Assembly (NCBI GenBank): GCA_019634625.1
Contig: JAHCBA010000005.1
Span: 136,950-200,949 of the forward strand
Source of the DNA: Verrucomicrobiia bacterium
Lineage (GTDB): Bacteria > Verrucomicrobiota > Verrucomicrobiia > Limisphaerales > CAIMTB01
Length of the DNA stretch: 64,000 nucleotides
Reading direction: 5' to 3'
In this document: positions 58,367-64,000 of the stretch, in pieces
How the letters are laid out: each line of letters begins with the position of its first letter
Numbering within the stretch: the first letter of the stretch is position 1
Notes under the pieces: model-generated
Told to the model about the DNA's origin: nothing
Databases searched by the model: none
The model's input: only the letters and a program-made list of their open reading frames with translations
Made by a program: the position numbers and the translations under genes

Positions 58367-61036
58367 ATGGATCACGCGCCGCGATCGAGGTTGCGTCGGA
58401 GCCGTCGGCGCGGGGCGGAGGAGGGCGGGCTGGACGAGGGCCGCACGGGGGGCGGCATGGAACGGGGCGGATGGGTGCCCTGGGTGGCGGGCTGGGTGAC
58501 GGCCCTGGCATGGGTGGGGGTGCTGCTGGGTTACGGGCTGGCGGCGTCGCCGGCCTTCGAGACGATGCCGCTGCACTTCCGGGCGACGGAGAACATCGCG
58601 TTGCTGGCCAGCGGGAGGAACGAGCCCTACGCGCTGCCCCTGGTGGTGGAACATCGCGGGCCGGGACGTTACCGGCACCGGATCGAATGGGATCTTCCCC
58701 GGTACGACGGGCCGATGGGCCGGCTTGGGGAGGATCGACACGTTCCGCGGTTCGATCTGCCGGAGGACGGGCTGCTGCAAGTCGGGGTGTATCTCGACCG
58801 GGTGGCGGGAGATCATGCGCCGTGGCTGGGCGAGGAACCCCTGGGCCTGGTGTCGGGATGGTTGCGGTTGCCGGGGGGGCGCGCGTTCCGGTTGGAGCGG
58901 CCGGAGCAGGCCCGCCGCGGTCACCTGTTAAGATTTGTGGCGGAGGTTCCGGGGAGCGATGGGACCGAACCGACCGATGGAGAGAGCCCGACGAGTGTCG
59001 GGATGATCATCGAGACACGCGATGGCGGGCCGCGGTATCTGCGGGGTTGGGTGCGGACCCTTTCGGGTGGATCGGAGGAGGCGGGCACGCCGCCCCTTGG
59101 GCGACTGGTGGTGCGGCTGGGGTCGATGCCGGGACAGGCGCCCGGGACGACGAACCTTTTCTATCCGGAAGGGATCGCGGCGACGCCGCTGGAGGAACCG
59201 GTGCCGTCGCGGGTCGCGCTGCTGGCCCGGGTGTCGGGGATTGGGACGGCGACGGTGCTGTGGATCTGGGGGGTGGCGGGCGCGATGGCAGGGCTGGGGA
59301 TGGGATGCCTCGCGGTGCTGGCGAGGGGGAATGGTCGATGGCCGGGTCGATGGGGATTGGCAGGGGTGACGGCCGGAGTTCTGGGGTTTGGGCTGCCGGC
59401 GGTGCACTGGGTGCCGCCGTTGCACGGAGCCGACGAAGCACGCCATGCGATGTCCTATGCGCGGGCGATCGAGGATCCGGCGTTGCTGGATGCGGTCGTG
59501 GCGATGACGGGCAAGGAGTGGGTGGGCGGGTTGGTGGCGCAACCGGACGCGAAGCTGACGACGGGGAGCCTGCGGGAGGCGGACGGACTTTATTTCAACC
59601 GCGGCGCGCTGGAGCCCGGGCGGATGGACGCGTGGATCCAGGATTACCGGTGGCGATCTCCGTGGGTGGCGCGGTTGTGGGGGGCGACGGCATGGATGAC
59701 GGAAGGGAGGCCGGCGGCGGAGCGGCTGCTGTGGGTGCGGGCGGGGCAGGTGGGAATGGGCGCGGTGCTGCTGGGGATCGGGGCCGCGCTTGCGGCAAGG
59801 GCGGCACCCGGGGGCGGGGGACGGCTGCACGTGGGGTGGGTGCTGCTGTGGATGCCGTTGGCCGTGGTCCTGGGGACGGTCAGCAACTACGCGGTCCTGA
59901 TTGGCGTGGCGGGACTCCTGGGGGGCGCGGTGACGGCGACGTGGTGGCGACGGGACTGGGACCCGTGGGTGGCGGGGACGCTTGGCGTGGCGTTGGGATT
60001 GGCCTTCCACACCTCGCTGAACGCGATTCCCTGGGTGGCGGCGGTGGCGTTGTGGCTGGGGCACCGGCCTTGGAGGCAGGGGTGGCAGGCGCGCGAGGGT
60101 GTCCCGCGTGCCGGGTGGGGAACGCGGTCGATGTGGGTGGGGTGGGGTTGGGTCGCCGCCGGGTTTGCCGTGTGCCGAGGGCTCACGACGGAGGCGTTCG
60201 ATGCGGAGCTGTTCCGTCGGGCCGGGTGGGGGGAGGGTGAAATGGGGAACCGTCCCGGGTGGCGGGAACCGGCGTTGCTTTGGGGGCTGTTCTGCGGAGG
60301 CATGGCGCTGCTGGAAGCGGTCGCGGGCCGAGTGGGGGCAGGGTGGCGGACCGAAGCCAGGGAGCGATGGCGGCGGGCCGGGTGCGTGGGCGGATGGCTG
60401 GTCTTGGTGGGTGGGGTGGCGGTGGCGCTGGTGTCTGTCGTCCGAACCCCGCCCGTCCTGCCGGACCGGGAAGGTCCGTGGCGCCATTACCCGGTGGTGC
60501 CAAGCACGGGATGTCCGGTGCGGACCGTCGGGGAGATTCAGTTTCCGGCGACGGAGGTGGACCGTGGGAGGCAGGTGCGGGAGGTGCTGGCGGTGTGGGC
60601 GGCCAATCTGACGCCAATGCCAAGGGATGTGATTCTGGTGCGGGCGTTTTGGACCGGACTGTTGATGGGGGAGGTGCGGGTGGCGGGATGGGTGGTTGGG
60701 ATGGGGATGTCTCTGGCGCTGGCCGGGGTGGTGCGGCTCGGTTGGGGGGTGGTGAGGGGACGGGATGGAGCCGGCGGTGTGTGGCTGGTCTTTGCGGCGG
60801 CGGCCGTCGTGGTGTGCCTGGCGTTGCTGGCTGCGGCGTACTGGCCGCGCAATCTGCATGCCCGTTACGCCATGCCGTTGGGGATGCTGACCCTGGCCGG
60901 GGCCAGTCTGGGCGCGTGTCCAATTCTGGACCGGCTCCAGCGGCACCACCCGGCCTGGGCGGTGGGGTGTCTGACCGTGCTGGCCCTGCTGGTGCAGGGG
61001 GCATGGGTGGCAGCGCTGTCAGGGCGGTACTTCTGA
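58367..61036 (+). CDS. Large polytopic membrane protein, function unknown
   Basis: 889 aa with a soluble roughly 230-aa region after the first TM helix, followed by many Trp/Gly/Ala-rich TM helices. The start may be the internal MERGGWVPWVAGW (58457). Confidence 0.6.
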   Translation: MDHAPRSRLRRSRRRGAEEGGLDEGRTGGGMERGGWVPWVAGWVTALAWVGVLLGYGLAASPAFETMPLHFRATENIALLASGRNEPYALPLVVEHRGPGRYRHRIEWDLPRYDGPMGRLGEDRHVPRFDLPEDGLLQVGVYLDRVAGDHAPWLGEEPLGLVSGWLRLPGGRAFRLERPEQARRGHLLRFVAEVPGSDGTEPTDGESPTSVGMIIETRDGGPRYLRGWVRTLSGGSEEAGTPPLGRLVVRLGSMPGQAPGTTNLFYPEGIAATPLEEPVPSRVALLARVSGIGTATVLWIWGVAGAMAGLGMGCLAVLARGNGRWPGRWGLAGVTAGVLGFGLPAVHWVPPLHGADEARHAMSYARAIEDPALLDAVVAMTGKEWVGGLVAQPDAKLTTGSLREADGLYFNRGALEPGRMDAWIQDYRWRSPWVARLWGATAWMTEGRPAAERLLWVRAGQVGMGAVLLGIGAALAARAAPGGGGRLHVGWVLLWMPLAVVLGTVSNYAVLIGVAGLLGGAVTATWWRRDWDPWVAGTLGVALGLAFHTSLNAIPWVAAVALWLGHRPWRQGWQAREGVPRAGWGTRSMWVGWGWVAAGFAVCRGLTTEAFDAELFRRAGWGEGEMGNRPGWREPALLWGLFCGGMALLEAVAGRVGAGWRTEARERWRRAGCVGGWLVLVGGVAVALVSVVRTPPVLPDREGPWRHYPVVPSTGCPVRTVGEIQFPATEVDRGRQVREVLAVWAANLTPMPRDVILVRAFWTGLLMGEVRVAGWVVGMGMSLALAGVVRLGWGVVRGRDGAGGVWLVFAAAAVVVCLALLAAAYWPRNLHARYAMPLGMLTLAGASLGACPILDRLQRHHPAWAVGCLTVLALLVQGAWVAALSGRYF

Positions 61037-61129
61037 GCGGCCGACGGGAAGGTCGTCGCCCTCGCCAGCGAAGGGGCGGCACCGATCTCGGTTGGGTTTC
61101 GCCTCGGATCGCTTTTCGCGGCGCCCCGG

Positions 61130-62407
61130 GTGAGAGTCGGTGTCATGAGCCTCACCTTCGACAACTGCGGTTCCGGTCTCGCGGGATGGTTGGGGATATG
61201 GATGGGGACGGCGGTGGCCGCGTCGGCATTTGCCGAGGAACTGCTCCAACCCGACCTGGCGCCACCGACCGGGCCAACAAGGCAGACGTTCGTGGTTCGC
61301 GACGCCGGGGGGGTGCGCGAGGCCATGGGCCGGGCCCGGCCGGGCACGACCATTCTGTTGAGGCCGGGGCGGTATCCGGGGGGATTCCATTTCCGGGGCC
61401 TGCAGGGAACCGCCGAAGCGCCGGTCGTGTTGGGCGGTCTCGACCCCGAGGATCCGCCGGTGATCGAGGGGGGAGCCAACGGCATCCACCTGTCGGAACC
61501 GGTTCATGTGGAGCTTCGGGATCTGGTGTTTCGCGAGGCCAGCGGGAACGGGTTGAACATCGACGACGGCGGCACCTTCGAGACGCCAGCCAGGAACGTG
61601 GTGCTCCGGCGGCTCCGGGTGGAGGACGTGGGGCCGACGGGAAACCGGGATGGGATCAAGTTGTCCGGGGTGGTGGGGTTCCTGGTGGAAGCGTGCGTGA
61701 TCCAACATTGGGGCAGCGGCGGTTCGGGCATCGACATGGTCGGGTGCCACGACGGGCTGATCGTCGGGAACGTCCTCCGGCACACCGAAGCGGTGGCGGC
61801 TTCGAACGGAAGCGGCGTGCAGGCGAAGGGGGGCACGAGCGGCGTGACAGTGCGCCGCAATCGGTTCGAGCACGCCGGGGCGCGGGCGGTGAATATCGGT
61901 GGCAGCACGGGACTGGAGTTCTTCCGGCCGCCACTCGTGCACGGCACCGAGCACTGGGAGGCCCGGAACATCCGTGTCGAGGGCAATACCTTCATCGGGT
62001 CCTCGTCTCCGATCGCCTTCGTGGGTGTGGACGGCGCCGAGGTTCGGTTCAACACAATCTACCGGCCGCAACGGTGGGCGATCCGCATTCTTCAGGAGAC
62101 CACGGCCCCGGGGTTTGTCGCGTGCCGCGGAGGGCGGTTCACGGACAACCTCGTGGCGTTTCACTCGGCGTCCTGGTCGGGGGGCGGGGTGAATGTCGGC
62201 TCCAACACCGCCCCCGGGACATTCCTGTTCGCCCGCAATTGGTGGCACTGCATGGACGACCCGGCTCGGAGCCGTCCGACGCTGCCGGTCCCGGAGACGG
62301 ACGGAATCTACGGAACGCCGCTGGAGTTCCGGGATGTCGGGGCAGGCGATCTGCGTCTGGCCGGATCGAGCCCCGCCCGCGTTGCAGGGGCGGAGGCTTT
62401 GCCTTGA
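61130..62407 (+). CDS. Right-handed parallel beta-helix repeat protein (pectate-lyase-fold), secreted
   Basis: Signal-like N-terminus. Periodic beta-helix turns are present (NGIHLSEPVHVELRDLVFREASGNGLNIDD..., GIKLSGVVGFLVEACVIQHWGSGGSGIDMVGCHDGLIVGNV...). Confidence 0.7.
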   Translation: MRVGVMSLTFDNCGSGLAGWLGIWMGTAVAASAFAEELLQPDLAPPTGPTRQTFVVRDAGGVREAMGRARPGTTILLRPGRYPGGFHFRGLQGTAEAPVVLGGLDPEDPPVIEGGANGIHLSEPVHVELRDLVFREASGNGLNIDDGGTFETPARNVVLRRLRVEDVGPTGNRDGIKLSGVVGFLVEACVIQHWGSGGSGIDMVGCHDGLIVGNVLRHTEAVAASNGSGVQAKGGTSGVTVRRNRFEHAGARAVNIGGSTGLEFFRPPLVHGTEHWEARNIRVEGNTFIGSSSPIAFVGVDGAEVRFNTIYRPQRWAIRILQETTAPGFVACRGGRFTDNLVAFHSASWSGGGVNVGSNTAPGTFLFARNWWHCMDDPARSRPTLPVPETDGIYGTPLEFRDVGAGDLRLAGSSPARVAGAEALP

Positions 62408-62435
62408 GCCGGGCCAGGGGTCAGATCTGGAGACG

Positions 62436-63959
62436 CTAAGGCGCAGGGCTGCGCGGGGCGGCGTTGGTGCCAGCGGGTGGGCGGGGGGCGGCAGGGCCAC
62501 GGGCAGGCCCTTGGGCAGCGCCGGGCAGCCCCAGGGCGGTACGGAGCTGGGCCTCCAGAACCGGGTCGAGGAACCCTGTCCGGGGATCGAGCATTTCATC
62601 GAGGACGCGTCGCCGGATTTCCGGGAGGGGATCGAGATCGACGCGGTCCACCCGGACCTTCTCACTGCCCCGCATGGTCTCGAACTCGGTGCCCCGGGCG
62701 TAGGTCTGGTAAATGCGGTTGGCGATGCGGGCGTACCCGTCGGCCTGGTCCATTTCACCCACCGCCACAAAGTAATAGGACCGCTGGAGATAGCCCTCGA
62801 TGATCAGGGTGGTCTTGTTGCGGGACGTCTCGCCGGCGTACTCGGTGACGCGCGCAACGGCGTACTCGTCGAGGGTCATGCCCTCGGGGACGGCGCCGGG
62901 GTAGGTTTCCTGAAGTTTGCGGAACCAGCGGTTGGCCTCGGTGATGCGGTTGTGGGTGAACAGTCCCCAGGCCGCTTCGCGAAGGAAGTTCCGGTGCCCG
63001 GTCTGGATGTTCTGCCGCATTTCCTCGTCGTCGCGGATCATGTCCTCGTAGGCCTGGTTGGCTTTCTCGACGAGGGCGAGATTGGGGCCGATGTCGTAAC
63101 GGGGCGCGTCGTCACCGGCCTTGTTCACAGCAAAGAGCCGCCCCCGGATGCAGGCGAGATGGAGGGACTGGTAAATGACGCGCCGAAGCTGGATGAGCTG
63201 CTCGCGGGTGCGGGCGTTCTCGAGACCGAGCATGGCCCAGTAGATCGCGTGGGACTCGGGCAGGCGCCATTCGAGGGGACCGTAGGTTTCGTCCACGCGG
63301 CGCATGAAGGCGGGGTCGAGCTTGTATTCCTGGCGCAGGATCCGGACGCGTTCCCGCTGCTCGTCGGTGCGGGGTTCGATGAGTGAATCCCAGTCGGGCC
63401 GCCCGTCGCCGAGGAGTCCGGCCATTTCACCGGCCCATTGCGTCTTGTAGATCCAGTGGGCGTCGTCGAGGTCGGCGCCCATCTTGTGCTGAAAATGCCA
63501 GGCGAGTTCGCGGTAGATCAGGGGATCGTGCGGGTTGTAGCGAAGACCCTCGTCCCGGAGCAGTTCGATGCCGCGCCGGACCCAGGGCCAGCGGGCGGGC
63601 AGATCGGGAATCTGGACGGAGACGTTGTACGACATGTTCCAGGCGAGGTGGACCCAGACCTGGGGGATGTTGGGCTGCAGTTTGCTGATCCAGTCGGCGA
63701 GCTGGACCATCTCGAAGTACTTCCCGTCCTGCTGGAGTTCGTCCATGCGGATCCAGAGGGCGTTGGCGATGAGCCCGCGGAAGCCACCCAGGGCGACGGT
63801 GGTGAAGGCGAGGACCGGCGGAGCGTTTTCGAGCGGGGTGGCGCGGGTCAGGCCGAGTTCTTCGCGGTCGCGATTAAGGGTCCGCTGGGCCGTCGAGGCG
63901 CCCAACAGCGCCAAGACCGTCACGGCGAGCAGGGACCAGTGGAGAAGGCGGCCGCGCAT
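62436..63959 (-). CDS. Membrane-anchored conserved hypothetical protein
   Basis: 507 aa with an N-terminal TM helix (WSLLAVTVLALLGAS) and an alpha-helical Trp/Tyr-rich body. I recognise no motif. Confidence 0.6.
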   Translation of the reverse strand: MRGRLLHWSLLAVTVLALLGASTAQRTLNRDREELGLTRATPLENAPPVLAFTTVALGGFRGLIANALWIRMDELQQDGKYFEMVQLADWISKLQPNIPQVWVHLAWNMSYNVSVQIPDLPARWPWVRRGIELLRDEGLRYNPHDPLIYRELAWHFQHKMGADLDDAHWIYKTQWAGEMAGLLGDGRPDWDSLIEPRTDEQRERVRILRQEYKLDPAFMRRVDETYGPLEWRLPESHAIYWAMLGLENARTREQLIQLRRVIYQSLHLACIRGRLFAVNKAGDDAPRYDIGPNLALVEKANQAYEDMIRDDEEMRQNIQTGHRNFLREAAWGLFTHNRITEANRWFRKLQETYPGAVPEGMTLDEYAVARVTEYAGETSRNKTTLIIEGYLQRSYYFVAVGEMDQADGYARIANRIYQTYARGTEFETMRGSEKVRVDRVDLDPLPEIRRRVLDEMLDPRTGFLDPVLEAQLRTALGLPGAAQGPARGPAAPRPPAGTNAAPRSPAP

Positions 63960-63960
63960 G

Positions 63961-64000
63961 TCAGACGTTGGATTGGGCCGTGGCGAGTTCCCGGCGGGTG
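63961..64000 (-). CDS. 3' end of an unidentified upstream gene (runs off the right edge)
   Basis: The minus-strand frame ends ...TRRELATAQSNV then TGA at 63961-63963, 1 nt before the next start. It is too short to identify. Confidence 0.3.
   Translation of the reverse strand, partial: TRRELATAQSNV

Overview
High-GC chromosomal segment with dense coding on both strands and about 55 supportable CDSs. I found no rRNA, tRNA, CRISPR array, transposase or integrase. The gene content includes a TonB/ExbB/ExbD cluster with a TonB-dependent receptor, LpxA, a prepilin-type N-terminal protein and many TPR or secreted proteins. That content suggests a diderm of the PVC group, probably Verrucomicrobiota (inference only).

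The main system is a tightly packed six-gene operon at 7008-13394. It encodes an Mpa/ARC-type AAA+ ATPase, a Dop/PafA homolog, a 57-aa Pup/UBact-like modifier ending in ...RYRQRTGE, 20S proteasome beta and alpha subunits, and a second Dop/PafA homolog. This is a pupylation-like tagging and proteasome system in a non-actinobacterial context.

The non-coding fraction is also unusual in four ways:
- A roughly 150-bp MITE-like element has 22-bp terminal inverted repeats and 9-10-bp flanking direct repeats. There are six copies.
- A 21-bp dyad motif (GTCAGGC-N7-TGTTGAC) occurs in arrays inside AT-rich islands at five or six intergenic loci.
- A roughly 620-680-bp tandem duplication covers the 3' end of a quinone-oxidoreductase gene. 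Divergence in its coding part is almost entirely synonymous.
- A 29-codon hydrophobic ORF carries a textbook intrinsic terminator.

Other content:
- A TonB2-type cluster (DUF3450-like, long ExbB, ExbB, ExbD, TonB, TPR, receptor).
- A BNR-propeller gene overlapping a MoaD-like GG protein gene.
- fdhD plus a ydeP-type molybdoenzyme, and mogA.
- parB without parA.
- A blaI/blaR1-like pair.
- A histidine kinase with a LuxR-type response regulator.
- Housekeeping genes lpxA, dinB, dusB and a mutT-like gene.

All family assignments come from reading motifs in the supplied translations. No database search was run.
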